Part shown: positions 1 through 14,322 of the stretch, piece after piece
Position numbering within the stretch: the first letter of the stretch is position 1
Layout: each line of letters begins with the position of its first letter
NCBI GenBank assembly: GCA_964016885.1
Contig: OZ024743.1
Span: 81,282,001-81,346,000, forward strand
Reading direction: 5' to 3'
Source of the DNA: Eledone cirrhosa
Taxonomy: Eukaryota
DNA length: 64,000 nucleotides
Made by a program: the position numbers and the translations under genes
Notes under the pieces: model-generated
The model's database searches: none
Seen by the model: the letters and a program-made list of their open reading frames with translations, nothing else
What the model was told of the DNA's origin: nothing

Positions 1-3000
1 CCCGAATGTCATGTACCAACTGAACCTAACCCGAGTGTCATGTACCAATTGAACCTAACCCGAGTGTCATCTACCAACTGAACCTAACCCAAGTGTCATC
101 TACCAACTAAACCTAACCCGAGTGTCATGTACCAACAGAAACTAACCCGAGTGTCATGTACCAACTGAACCTAACCCGAATGTCATGTACCAACTGAACC
201 TAACCCGAGTGTCATGTACGAATTGAACCTAACCCAATTGTCATGTACCAACTGAACCTAACCCGAGTGTCATGTACCAACTGAACTTAACCCGAATGTC
301 ATGTACCAGATAAACCTAACCTGAGTGTCATGTACCAATTGAACCTAAACCAAGTCTCATGTACCAACTGAACCTAACCCGAGTGTCATATACCAACTGA
401 ACCTAACCCAAGTGTCATCTACCAACTGAACCTAACCCGAGTGTCATCTACCAACTGAACCTAACCCGAGTGTCATGTACCAACTGAACCTAACCCGAGT
501 GTCATGTACCAACTGAATCTAACCCGAATGTCATCTACCAATTGAACATAACCCGAGTGTCATGTACCAACTGAACCTAACCCGAGTGTCATGTACCAAC
601 TGAACCTAACCCGAGTGTCATGTACCAACTGAACCTAACCCGAGTGTCATGTACCAACTGAAACTAACCCGAGTGTCATGTACCAATTGTACCTAACCCA
701 AGTCATCTACCGACTTAAACTAACCCAGTTGTCATTTACCAACTGAACCTAAACCAAGTGATATGTACCAACTGAACCTAACCCAAGTGTCATGTACCAA
801 CTGAAACTAACCGGAGTGTCATGTACCAATTGAACCTAACCCAAGTGTCATGTACCGACTTAACCTATCCCAAGTGTCATGTACCAACTGAACCTAACCC
901 GAGTGTCACGTACCAACTGAACCTAACCCGAATGTCATGTACCAACAGAAACTAACCCAAGTGTCATGTACCAACTGAACCTAACCCGAGTGTCATGTAC
1001 CAACTGAACCTAACCCAAGTGTCATCTACCAACTGAACCTAACCCGAAGGTCATCTACCAATTGAACCTAACCCAAGTCTCATGTACCAACTGAACCTAA
1101 CCCGAATGTCATGTACCAACTGAACCTAGCCCGAGTGTCATGTACCAACTGAACCTAACCCGAGTGTCATGTACCAACTGAACCTAACCCGAGTGTCATG
1201 TACCAATTGAACCAAACCCAAGTCTCATGTACCGACTGAACCTAACCCGAATGTCATGTACCAACTGAACCTACCCCAAGTGTTATGTACCAACTGAACC
1301 TAACACGATTGTCATCTACCAACAGAACCTAACCCGAGTGTCATGTACCAACTGAACCTAACCCGAATGTCATGTACCAATTGAACCTAACCCGAGTGTC
1401 ATGTACCAACTGAACCTAACCCGAAAGTCATGTACCAACTTAAACTAACCCAAGTGTCATGTACCAACTGGACCTAACCCGAGTGTCATGTACGAATTGA
1501 ACCTAACCCAATTGTCATGTACCAACTGAACCTAACCCGAGTGTCATGTACCAACTGAACCTAACCCGAATGTCATGTACCAAATAAACCTAACCCGAGT
1601 GTCATGTACCAATTGAACCTAAACCAAGTCTCATGTACCAACTGAACCTAACCCGAGTGTCATCTACCAACTGAACCTAACCCAAGTGTAATCTACCAAC
1701 TGAACATAACCCGAGTGTCATCTACCAACTGAACCTAACCCGAGTGTCATGTACCAACTGAACCTAACCCGAGTGTCATGTACCAATTGAACCTAACCCA
1801 AGTGTCATGTACCAACTGAATCTAACCCAAGTGTCATCTACCAACTGAACATAACCCGAGTGTCATCTACCAACTGAACCTAACCCGAGTGTCATGTACC
1901 AACTGAACCTAACCCGAGTGTCATGTACCAACTGAAACTAACCCGAGTGTCATGTACCAATTGAACCTAACCCAAGTCATCTACCGACTTAAACTAACCC
2001 AGTTGTCATGTACCAACTGAACCTAAACCAAGTGATATGTACCAACTGAACCTAACCCAAGTGTCATGTACCAACTGAACCTAACCTGAGTGTCATGTAC
2101 CAACTGAACCTAACCCGAATGTCATGTACCAACTGAACCTAACCCGAGTGTCATGTACCAATTGAACCTAACCCGAGTGTCATGTACCAACTGAACCTAA
2201 CCCGAGTGTCATGTACCAACTGAACCTAACCCGAATGTCATGTACCAATTGAACATAACCCAAGTGTCATGTACCAAGTGAACCTAACCCGAGTTTCATC
2301 TACCAATTGAACCTAACCCAAGTGTCATGTACCAAGTGAACCTAACCCGAATGTCATGTACCAACTGAACCTAACCCGAGTGTCATGTACCAACTGAACC
2401 TAACCCGAATGTCATGTACCAATTGAACATAACCCAAGTGTCATGTACCAACTGAACCTAACGCGAGTTTCATCTACCAATTGAACCTAACCCAAGTGTC
2501 ATGTACCAAGTGAACCTAACCCGAATGTCATGTACCAACTGAACCTAACCCGAGTGTCATGTACCAACTGAACCTAACCCGAATGTCATGTACCAACTAA
2601 ACCTAACCTGAGTGTCATGTACCAACTGAACCTAACCTGAATGTCATGTACCAACTCAACCTAACCCGAGTGTCATGTACCAACTGAACCTAACCCGAGT
2701 GTCATGTATCAACTGAACCTAACCCAAATGTCATGTACCAACTGAACCTAACCCGAGTGTCATGTATCAACTAAACCTAACCCGAGTGGCATGTACCAAC
2801 TGAACCTAACCCGAATGTCATGTACCAATTGAACATAACCTAAGTGTCATGTACTAACTGAACGTAACCCGAGTGTCATGTACCAACTGAACCAAACCCA
2901 AGTGTCATGTACCAACTGAACCTAACCCGAATGTCATGTACCAAGTGAACCTAACCCAAGTGTCGTGTACAAACTGAACCTAACCCGAATGTCATGTACC

Positions 3001-6000
3001 AACTGAACCTAACCCGAATGTCATGTACCAACTGAACCTAACCCCAGTGTCATGTACCAATTGAACTTAACCCGAGTGTCATGTACCGACTTAACCTAAC
3101 CCGAGTGTCATGTACCAACTGAACCTAACCCAAGTGTCATGTACCAACTGAACCTAACCCGAGTGTCATGTACCAACTGAACCTAACCCAAGGGTCATGT
3201 ACCGACTTAACTTAACCCGAGTGTCATGTTCCAATTGAAACAAACCCGAGTGTCATCTACCAACTGAACCTAACCCAAGTGTCACGTACCAACTGGACCT
3301 AACCCAAGTGTCATCTACCATCTGAACCTAACCCGAGTGTCATCTACTAATTGAACCTAACCCGAGTGTCATGTACCAACTGAAACTAACCAAAGTGTCA
3401 TGTACCAACTGAACGTAACCCAAGTGTCATGTACCAACTGAACCTAACCCAAGTGTCACGTACCAACTGAACCTAACCCAAGTGTCATGTACCAACTGAA
3501 CCTAACCCGAGTGTCATGTACCAACTGAACCTAACCCGAGTGTCATGTACCAACTGAACCTAACCCGAGTGTCATGTACCAATCGAACCTAACCCAAGTG
3601 TCGTGTACCACCTGAACCTAACCCAAGTGTCACGTACCAACTGAACCTAACCCAAGTGTCACGTACCAACTGAACCTAACCCGAATGTCATGTACCAATT
3701 GAACCTAACCCGAATGTCATGTAAAAAACTGAACCTAACCCAAGTGTCATGTACCAACTCAACCTAACCCGAGTGTCATGTACCAACTGAACCTAACCCG
3801 AATGACATGTACCTGCTGAACCTAACCCGAGTGTCATCTACCAACTGAATCTAACCCGAGTGTCATGTATCAACTGAACCTAAACCGTGTGTCATCAACC
3901 AACTGAAACTAACCCGAGTGTCGTCTACCACCTGAACCTAACCCGAATGTCATGTAAAAATTGAACCTAACCCGAGTTTTATGTACCAACTGAACCTAAT
4001 CCGAATGACATGTACCAGCTGAACCTAACCCGAGTGTCATCTACCAACTGAATCTAACCTGAGTGTCATGTACCAACTGCACCTAACCCAAGTGTCATAT
4101 ACCAACTGAACCTAACCTGAATGTCATCTACCAATTGAACATAACCCAAGTGTCATGTACCAACTGAACCTAACCCGAGTGTCATCTACCAACTGAACCT
4201 CACCCGAATGTCATCTACCAATTGAACATAACCCAAGTGTCATGTACCAACTGCACCTAACCCAAGTGTCATATACCAACTGAACCTAACCTGAATGTCA
4301 TCTACCAATTGAACATAACCCAAGTGTCATGTACCAATTGAACCTAACCCGAGTGTCATGTACCAACTGAAACCAACCTGAATGTCATCTACCAACTGAA
4401 CCTAACCCGAGTGTCATGTACCAACTGAACCTAAACCGAGTGTCATCAAGCAACTGAACCTAACCTGAATGTCATCAACCAATTGAACATAACCCAAGTG
4501 TCATGTACCAACTGAACCTAAACCGTGTGTCATCAACCAACTGAACCTAACCTGAATGTCATCTACCAATTGAACATAACCCAAGTGTCATGTACCAACT
4601 GAACCTAAACCGAGTGTCATCAACCAACTGAACCTAACCCGAGTGTCATCTACCAATTGAACATAACCCAAGTGTCATGTACCAACTGAACCTAAACCGA
4701 GTGTCATCAACCAACTGAACCTAACCTGAATGTCATCTACCAATTGAACATAACCCAAGTGTCATGTACCAACTGAACCTAACCCGAATGTCATGTACCA
4801 ACTGAAACTAACCAAAGTGTCATGTACCAACTGAACCTAACCCGAGTGTCATGTACCAACTGAACCTAACCCAAGTGTCATCTACTAACTGAACCTAACC
4901 CGAATGTCATGTACCAACTGAACCTAACCCAAGTCTCATGTACCAACTGTTCCTAACCCGAATGTCATGTACCAATTGAACATATCCCAAGTGTCATGTA
5001 CCAACTGAACCTAACCTGAATGTCATGTACCAACTGAACCTAACCCAAGTGTCATGTACCAACTGAACCTAACCCGAGTGTCATGTACCAACTGAATCTA
5101 ACCCGAGTGTCATGTACCAACTGAACCTAACCCGAGTGTCATGTACCAACTGAACTTAACCCTAGTGTCATCTACCAACTGAACCTAACCCAAGTGTCAT
5201 GTACCAACTGAATCTAACCCGAGTGTCATGTACCAACTGAATCTAACCCGAGTGTCATGTACCAACTGAACTTAACCCTAGTGTCATCTACCAACTGAAC
5301 CTAACCCAAGTGTCATGTACCAACTGAATCTAACCCGAGTGTCATGTACCAACTGAATCTAACCCGAGTGTCATGTACCAACTGAACTTAACCCTAGTGT
5401 CATCTACCAACTGAACCTAACGCGAATGTCATGTACCAAATAAACCTAACCTGAGTGTCATGTACCAACTGAACCTAACCCGAGTGTCATGTTCCAACTG
5501 AACATAACACGAGTGTCGTCTACCACCTGAACCTGACCCAAGTGTCATGTAACAACTGAACCTAACCAGAATGTTATGTACCAACTGACCCTAACCCAAA
5601 TGTCAGGTACCTACTAAACCTAACCCGATTGTCATGTACAAACTGAACCTAACACAAGTGTCATGTACCAACTCAACCTAACCCGAGTGTCATGTAGCAA
5701 TTGAACAGAACCCAAGTGTCATGTACCAACTGAACCTAAACCGAGTGTCATCTACCAACTGAACCTAACCTGAGTGTCATCTACCAATTGAACATAACCC
5801 AAGTGTCATGTACCAACTGAACCTAAACTGAGTGTCATCTACCAACTGAACCTAACCTGAGTGTCATCTACCAATTGAACATAACCCAAGTGTCATGTAT
5901 CAACCTAACCTAACCCAAATGTCATGTACCAACTGAACCTAACACGAGTGTCATGTATCAACTAAACCTAACCTGCGTGTCATGTACCAGCTGAACCTAA

Positions 6001-9000
6001 CCCGAATGTCATGTACCAACTGTACCTAACCCAAATGTCATGTACCAATTGAACATAACCCAAGGGTCATGTACCAACTGAACCTAACCCGAGTGTCATG
6101 TACCAACTGAACCAAACCCAAGTGTCATGTACCAACTGAACCTAACCCGAATGTCATGTACCAAGTGAACCTAACCCAAGTGTCGTGTACCAACTGAACC
6201 GAGCCCGAATGTCATGTACCAACTGAACCTAACCCGAATGTCATGTACCAACTGAACCTAACCCCAGTGTCATGTACCAATTGAACTTAACCCGAGTGTC
6301 ATGTACCGACTTAACCTAACGCGAGTGTCATGTACCAACTGAACCTAACCCGAGTGTCATCTACCAACTGAACCTAACGCGAATGTCATGTACCAAATAA
6401 ACCTAACCTGAGTGTCATGTACCAACTGAACCTAACCCGAGTGTCATGTACCAACTGAACCTAACCCAAGTGTCATCTACCAACTGAACCTAACCCGAAT
6501 GTCATCTACCAACTGAACCTAACCTGAGTGTCATGTACCAACTGAACCTAACCCAAGTGTCATGTACCAACTGAACCTAACCCGAGTGTCATGTACCTAC
6601 TAAACCTAACCCGATTGTCATGTACAAACTGAACCTAACACAAGTGTCATGTACCAACTCAACCTAACCCGAGTGTCATCTACCAATTGAACATAACCCG
6701 TATGTCATCTACTAATTGAACATAACCCAAGTGTCATGTACCAACTAAACTTAACCTGAGTGTCATGTACTTTCTGAACCTAACCCGAATGTCATGTACC
6801 AACTGAACCTAACCCGAATGTCATCTACCAATTGAACATAACCAGAGTGTCATGTACCAACTGAATGTAACACGAATGTCATGTACCAACTGAACCTAAT
6901 CCGAGTGTCATGTACCAACTGAACCTAACCCAAGTGTCATGTACCAACTGAACCTAACCCGAGTGTCATGTACCAACTGAACCTAACCCGAGTGTCATGT
7001 ACCAACTGAACCAAACCCAAGTGTCATGTACCAACTGAACCTAACCCGAATGTCATGTACCAAGTGAACCTAACCCAAGTGTCGTGTACCAACTGAACCT
7101 AGCCCGAATGTCATGTACCAACTGAACCTAACCCGAATGTCATGTACCAACTGAACCTAACCCCAGTGTCATGTACCAATTGAACTTAACCCGAGTGTCA
7201 TGTACCGACTTAACCTAACGCGAGTGTCATGTACCAACTGAACCTAACCCGAGTGTCATCTACCCACTGAACCTAACGCGAATGTCATGTACCAAATAAA
7301 CCTAACCTGAGTGTCAGGTACCAACTGAACCTAACCCGAGTGTCATGTACCAACTGAACCTAACCCAAGTGTCATCTACCATCTGAACCTAACCCGAGTG
7401 TCATGTACCTACTAAACCTAACCCGATTGTCATGTACAAACTGAACCTAACACAAGTGTCATGTACCTAACCCGAGTGTCATGTACCAATTGAACATAAC
7501 CCGTATGTCATCTACCAACTGAACCTATCCCTAATGTCATCTACGAATTGAACATAACCCAAGTGTCATGTACCAACTAAACTTAACCTGAGTGTCATGT
7601 ACTTTCTGAACCTAACCCGAATGTCATGTACCAACTGCACCTAACCCGAATGTCATCTACCAATTGAACATAACCAGAGTGTCATGTACCAACTGAATGT
7701 AACACGAATGTCATGTACCAACTGAACCTAATCCGAGTGTCATGTACCAACTGAACCTAACCCAAGTGTCATGTACCAACTGAACCTAACCCGAGTGTCA
7801 TGTACCAACTGAACCTAACCCAAGTGTCATGTACCAACTAAACCTAACCCGAATGTCATGTACCAACTGAACCTAAACCAAGTGTCACGTACCAACTGAA
7901 CCTAACACAAATGTCATGTACCAACTGAACCTAACCCAAGTGTCATGTACCAAGTGAACCTAACCCGAATGTCATGTACCAACTGAACCTAACCCAATTG
8001 TCATGTACCAGCTGAACCTAACCCAAGTGTCATGTACCAAGTGAACCTAACCCGAATGTCATGTACCAACTGAACCTAACCCAATTGTCATGTACCAACT
8101 GAACCTAACCCAAGTGTCACGTACCAACTGAACCTAACACGAATGTCATGTACCAACTGAACCTAATCCAAGTGTCATGTACCAACTGAACCTAACCCAA
8201 GTGTCATGTACCAACTGAACCTAACCCAAGTGTCATGTACCAAGTGAACCTAACCCGAATGTCATCTACCAATTGAACATAACCCGAATGTCATGTACCA
8301 ACTGAATGTAACACGAATGTCATGTACCAACTGAACCTAACCCGAGTGTCATGTACCAACTGAACCTAACCCGAATGTCATGTACCAACTGAACCTAACC
8401 GGAGTGTCATGTACCAATTGAACCTAACCCAAGTGTCATGTACCGAATTAAACTAACCCAAGTGTCATGTACCAACTGAACCTAACCCAAGTGTCATCTA
8501 CCAACTGAACCTAACCCGAATGTCATGTACCAACTGAACCTAACCCGAGTGTCATGTACCAATTGAACCTAACCCGAGTGTCATGTACCAACTGAACCTA
8601 ACCCGAATATCATGTACCAACTGAACCTAACCCAAGTGTCATGTACCAATTGAACCTAACCCGAGTGTCATGTACCAGCTGAACCTAACCCGAATGTCAT
8701 GTACTAAATGAACATAACCCAACTGTCATCTACCAACTGAACCTAACCCGAGTGTCATGTACCAACTGAACCTAACCTGAATGTCATGTACCTACTGAAC
8801 CTAACCCAAGTGTCATGTACCAACTGAACCTAACCTGAATGTCATGTACCTACTGAACCTAACCCAAGTGTCATCTACTAATTGCTCCTAATCCAAATAT
8901 CATGTACCAACTGAACCTAATGCAAGTGTCATGTACCAACTGAACCTAACCCAAGAGTCATGTACCAATTGAACCTAACCCGAATGTCATGTACTAAATG

Positions 9001-11184
9001 AACATAACCCTAGTGTCATCTACCAACTGAACCTAACCCGAGTCTCATGTACCAACTGAACCTAACCCGGGTGTCATGTACCAACTGAACCTAACCCGAA
9101 TGTCATGTACCAACTGAACCTAACCCAGTGTCATGTACCAACTGAACCTAACCCGAATGTCATGTACCAACTGATCCTAACCTGAGTGTCATGTACCAAC
9201 TGAACCTAACCCAAGTGTCATGTACCAACTGAACCTAACCCGAGTGTCATCTACCAACTGAACCTAACCCGAGTGTCATGTCCCAACTGAACCTAACCTG
9301 AGTGTCATGTACCAATTGAACCTAGCCCGAGTGTCATGTACCAACTGAACCTAACCCAAGTGTCGTGTACCAACTGAACCTAACCCAAGTGTCATGTACC
9401 AACTGAATCTAACCCAAGTGTCATGTACCAACTGAACCTAACCCAAGTGTCGTGTACCAACTGAACCTAACCCGAATGTCATGTACCAACTGTACCTAAC
9501 CCGAATGTCATGTACCAACTGAATCTAACCCGAATGTCATGTACCAACTGAACCTAACCCGAATGTCCTGTACCATCTGAACCTAACCAGAGTGTCATGT
9601 ACCAACTGAACCTAACCCGAGTGTCATGTACCAACTGAACCTAAACCAAGTGTCATCTACCAATTGAACCTAACCCAAATGTCATCTACCATCTGAACCT
9701 AACCCAAGTGTCATCTACGAACTGAACCTAAACCGAGTGTCATGTACCAACTGAACCTAAACCGAGTGTCATGTACCAACTGAACCTAACCAAAGTGTCA
9801 CGTACCAACTGAACCTAACCCGAGTATCATGTACAAACTGAACCTAACCCGAATGTCATCTATCAACTGAACCTAACCCGAGTGTCATGTACCAACTGAA
9901 CCTAACCCGAGTGTCATGTACCAACTGAACCTAACCCGAGTGTCATCTACCAACTGAACCTAACTCGAGTGTCATGTACCAACATAACCTAACCCCAATG
10001 TCATGTACCAATTAAACCTAACCCGAGTGTCATGTACCAACTGAACCTAACCCGAGTGTCATCTACCAACTGAACATAACCCAAGTGTCATGTACCAATT
10101 GAACCTAACCCGAGTGTCATGTACCAACTGAACCTAACCCGAGTGTCATGTACCAACTGAACCTAACCCGAGTGTCATGTACCAACTGAACCTAACCCGA
10201 GTGTCATGTACCAACTGAACCTAACCCGAGTGTCATGTACCAACTGAACCTAACACGAGTGTCATCTACCAACTGAACCTAACCGGAATGTCATGTACCA
10301 ACTGAACCTAACCCGAGTGTCATGTATCAACTAAACCTAACCCGAGTGTCATGTACCAACTGAACCTAACACGAGTGTCATCTACCAACTGAACCTAACC
10401 CGATTGTCATGTACCAATTGAACCTAACCCGAGTGTCATGTACCAACTGAACCTAACCCGAGTGTCATGTACCAACTGAACCTAACCCGAATGTCATGTA
10501 CCAACTGAACCTAACACGAGTCTCATGTACCAACTGAACCTAACCCGAGTGTCATGTACCAACCTAACCTAACCCGAGTGTCATGTACCAACTGAACCTA
10601 ACACAAGTGTCATGTACCAACTGAACCTAATCCAAGTGTCATGTACCAACTGAACCTAACCCGAGTGCCATCTACCAATTGAACTTAACCAAAGTGTCAT
10701 GTACCAACTGAACCTAACCCGATTGTCATGTACCAATTGAACCTAACCCAAGTGTCATGTACCAACTGAACCTAACCCGATTGTCATGTACCAACTGAAC
10801 CTAACCCGAGTGCCATCTACCAATTGAACTTAACCAAAGTGTCATGTACCAACTGAACCTAACCCGAGTGTCATGTACCAACTGAACCTAACCCGATTGT
10901 CATGTACCAACTGAACCTAACCCGAGTGTCATGTACCAACTGAACCTAACCCGAGTCTCATGTACCAACTGAACCTAACCCGAATCTCATGTACCAACTG
11001 AACCTAACCCGAATCTCATGTACCAACTGAACCTAACCCTAGTGTCATCTACCAACTGAACCTAACCCGAATGTCATGTACCAACTGAACCTAACCCGAA
11101 TGTCATCTACCAACTGAACCTAACCCTAGTGTCATCTACCAACTGAACCTAACCCGAATGTCATCTACTAATTGAACCTAACCC
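1..11184. repeat. 29-bp tandem satellite, consensus CCCGAGTGTCATGTACCAACTGAACCTAA (about 385 copies, runs off the window start)
   Basis: Continuous 29-bp periodicity from base 1 to about 11184 with scattered substitutions. Confidence 0.98.
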
Positions 11185-11404
11185 TTGTAAGTGAAAGTGT
11201 TTAAACGGAAGTTACATGAAAGCCGTTCCAATGGACTGTATGCCTAACACAAACTTCCAGTACTGACAGACATTGTGTAATGATAACTTTACCTGAGGTG
11301 TACGTTTGAGGTTGCACGTGTCTGTGGAATATTTGATCACTTATCCTTTAAATTGATTGAATGATTGAATATTTATCATTGAAGATCTAGGATGATACAT
11401 CATA

Positions 11405-11554
11405 GGAAGTTGTGGAGTGATGTTGTTGGTTGTGGTGGTGGTGATGTCGTTGTTGTTGGTTGTGATGTTGTTTTGGCTGTAGTTGGATGTGGTGGTAGTG
11501 ATGTTCTTGTTGTTGGTTGTGGTGGTAGTGATATATATACATGCATACATACAC

Positions 11555-11589
<35 letters not shown>

Positions 11590-11848
11590 TGTATGTATGT
11601 ATGTATGTATGTATGTATATGTATGTCTATGTATGTATATATATGTATGTCTATGTATGTATGTATAGATGTATGCCTGTACATGTGTATCTATGCATGC
11701 ATCCATATGTATATGTATGTATACATGCGTGTATGTGTATGAATGTATGTATGAATGCATAAATGAATGTACATATATATATGTATTAAATGTATGTATG
11801 TATATATGTATAAATATATATTAACACACCTATACAAACACACACACA

Positions 11849-11880
<32 letters not shown>
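11405..11880. repeat. Low-complexity (GTT/GGT)n, (TATG)n and (TA)n microsatellites
   Basis: Directly visible simple repeats. Confidence 0.9.
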
Positions 11881-11882
<2 letters not shown>

Positions 11883-12084
11883 AAAAAGTATGACCCCGAC
11901 GGCAGAGCTCAAGCCGTTTCGACGGCTATTTCTGGACTACTATTAGTCTAGAAATAGCCGCCGAAAGGACTTGAGCTCTGCCGTCGGGGTCATACTTTTT
12001 CCTATTTCCCACTCTACTACTCTAAGTATTGAGTACTCTGGTGAATTATGATCCATCTGGTTCCTTACCACATTTCCTTTGTTA
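11878..12084 (+). mobile_element. Short (TA)n-embedded fold-back element, family 1 (probable Penelope-like pseudo-LTR remnant)
   Basis: About 62-bp inverted arms 11878-11939 and 11944-12005, then a tail ...TAAGTATTGAGTACTCTGG...CATTTCCTTTGT(TA)n; homologues at 46372, 58472, 59689. Confidence 0.65.
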
Positions 12085-12345
12085 TATATATATATATATA
12101 ATCAGTTCCTGATTATAACTGGAATTCTATAAGAATCCAGCATCTATAATTCTCGGCCCAGGCAGCGGAGTGTGTGGTCTTGATAAACGCTAAACAAACG
12201 AGAAACAAACTGTCGATCACCTTCTCTTGTTTTTGCTGAGAATAAGTAAGTGACATAGTCACTACTTTAAAACTCATAGCGAAAGGTCTTCTAAATATTT
12301 TAAAATAAACATACATTATGTTGCCGAATATATTGTATATACATA

Positions 12346-12531
12346 TAATTGTTTCTACTTTTGGCACAAGGCCAGCAATTAATCAGTGTATTACTGGTAC
12401 TTTATTTTATCGACCCCGTAAGGATGAAAGGCAAAGTTAACCTCGGCGGGATTTTGAACTCAGATCATAAAGGGAGGTAACTCTATGCTTCAAAGCATGG
12501 TGTCCGACTCTCTACCGATACTACCAATCCA
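12346..12531 (-). mobile_element. tRNA-derived SINE (octopus-type)
   Basis: Minus strand has A-box-like TGGTAGTATCGG, B-box-like GAGTTCAAAATCC and body GCCTTTCATCCTTACGGGGTCGATAAAATAA; many copies in window. Confidence 0.88.
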
Positions 12532-12654
12532 CGTCTGGACTGGACAGGAGGTTATTACTACTACTACTGCTGCTGCTGCTGCTACTACTACTACTACTAC
12601 TTTTACTACTAGTAATGTTACTATTACTACTACTGTATATATATATATATATAT

Positions 12655-12840
12655 AATTGTTTCTACGTTAGGCACAAGGCCAGCAATGATCCAGTGCATT
12701 ACTGGTACTTTATTTTATCGACCACGTAACGATGAAAGGCAAAGTCACTTCGGCGGGATTTGAACTCAGATCGTAAAGGGACGCAACTATGCTGGAAAGC
12801 ATGGCGTCCGACCCTCTACCGATACTGCCAATTCACCGCC

Positions 12841-12842
<2 letters not shown>
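12655..12842 (-). mobile_element. tRNA-derived SINE
   Basis: Same family; head GGCGGTGAATTGGCAGTATCGGTAGAG on the minus strand. Confidence 0.88.
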
Positions 12843-12898
<56 letters not shown>

Positions 12899-13200
12899 TG
12901 GAAACACATACATAGGTCTGACACACACATTACACTCACACGCGCAACCATACAGATATACCTATGTATGTGTTTCCAGAATATTTGTGTAAAATAACCC
13001 TAGTCTATTTCCTTAGTGTTTTATCCATCAGTAACTTCGAAAGAGAAAAAAATAGCAAAACTTGCAATAAACCAGAACTGAAATAGTTACAACGAGAATC
13101 TCGTTATATCTCGTTACAGCGCGACTTTGATGGCAGTTTTAGTATTAGTCTCTTACACAGCTTGGCACTGGTTCAATGACGTCTGGACTGGACAGGAGTT

Positions 13201-13236
<36 letters not shown>

Positions 13237-13938
13237 AATAATAAAAAAATATTATTATCATTTATTGTCATCAACAACAACAACAACATCATCATCATCA
13301 TCATCATCAACATCAACATCATCAATATCAACATCATCAACATCATCACCAACAACAACAACATCAATAAAAGCAATAACAATAATCATTGTACGTTTCT
13401 ATAGAAACGAGTCGTGAAAAGAGGAAATTCCGCCGGAGTAACTATATTAGTTTTAAAATGTAAGGACATTTTAAGTGTCAGCAATATTAGCGTCTTTGGC
13501 ATTCCCCTGGAGTCTAACAATGCCATATATTGTGTCGTCATTAATTATTCAGACTCTAGGCATATTAACAATTCTAATACACTAATTAATTAAGATAGCT
13601 CTTATTGTTTCACTTCTACTACACCATCACCTCTTTTTCTGACCTTTGCTTCCCAACAGCGGCATTAGATAGCAACCGAAGAAACCGGAACGTAACGCTG
13701 CTGTTTAAAACGTTACAGCCAGTGTTTATCTATCACGCAGTTTTCGCCATATGACACCAGTTTAAACTGGAATGGTCATCTGACAACAGCCATTCAAACA
13801 TTTCCGCGGCCATTTTACCTTAGTTTAGTTTGCATAATGAAAGTGTTATTATTATTAATTACAATTTAATTACATTCACCAACAAATTCTAATGTTTCGG
13901 TATTTCTATGTAATCTATCTGCCTGTCTATTTAACTAT

Positions 13939-14046
<108 letters not shown>

Positions 14047-14116
14047 TGTATATATATAAATGGAAAAGAATGAAACGAAATTTCATTTCTCACTCTTAGT
14101 ACGGCTGATACCTCAA

Positions 14117-14322
14117 TATAAGTATGTATACGTACATACATATATGTGTACAGACGTACAGTAGTATGTATATATATACATACATGCACACATATATATG
14201 TACGTATGGGTTTACCGAACATTTATTATAATGTTTGGTTTGTTTGTAAACAAACAGCCCGAATTATGCCGTACAGTGCTCGGCAACCATCGTCGCCCTT
14301 TTGTTCAACACTGACACAGGAA
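14117..14322 (+). repeat. Dispersed repeat segment with an inverted homologue at 25893-26105
   Basis: CGTATGGGTTTACCGAACATTTATT...GTTCAACACTGACACAGGA matches the reverse complement of 25893-26105. Confidence 0.8.
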
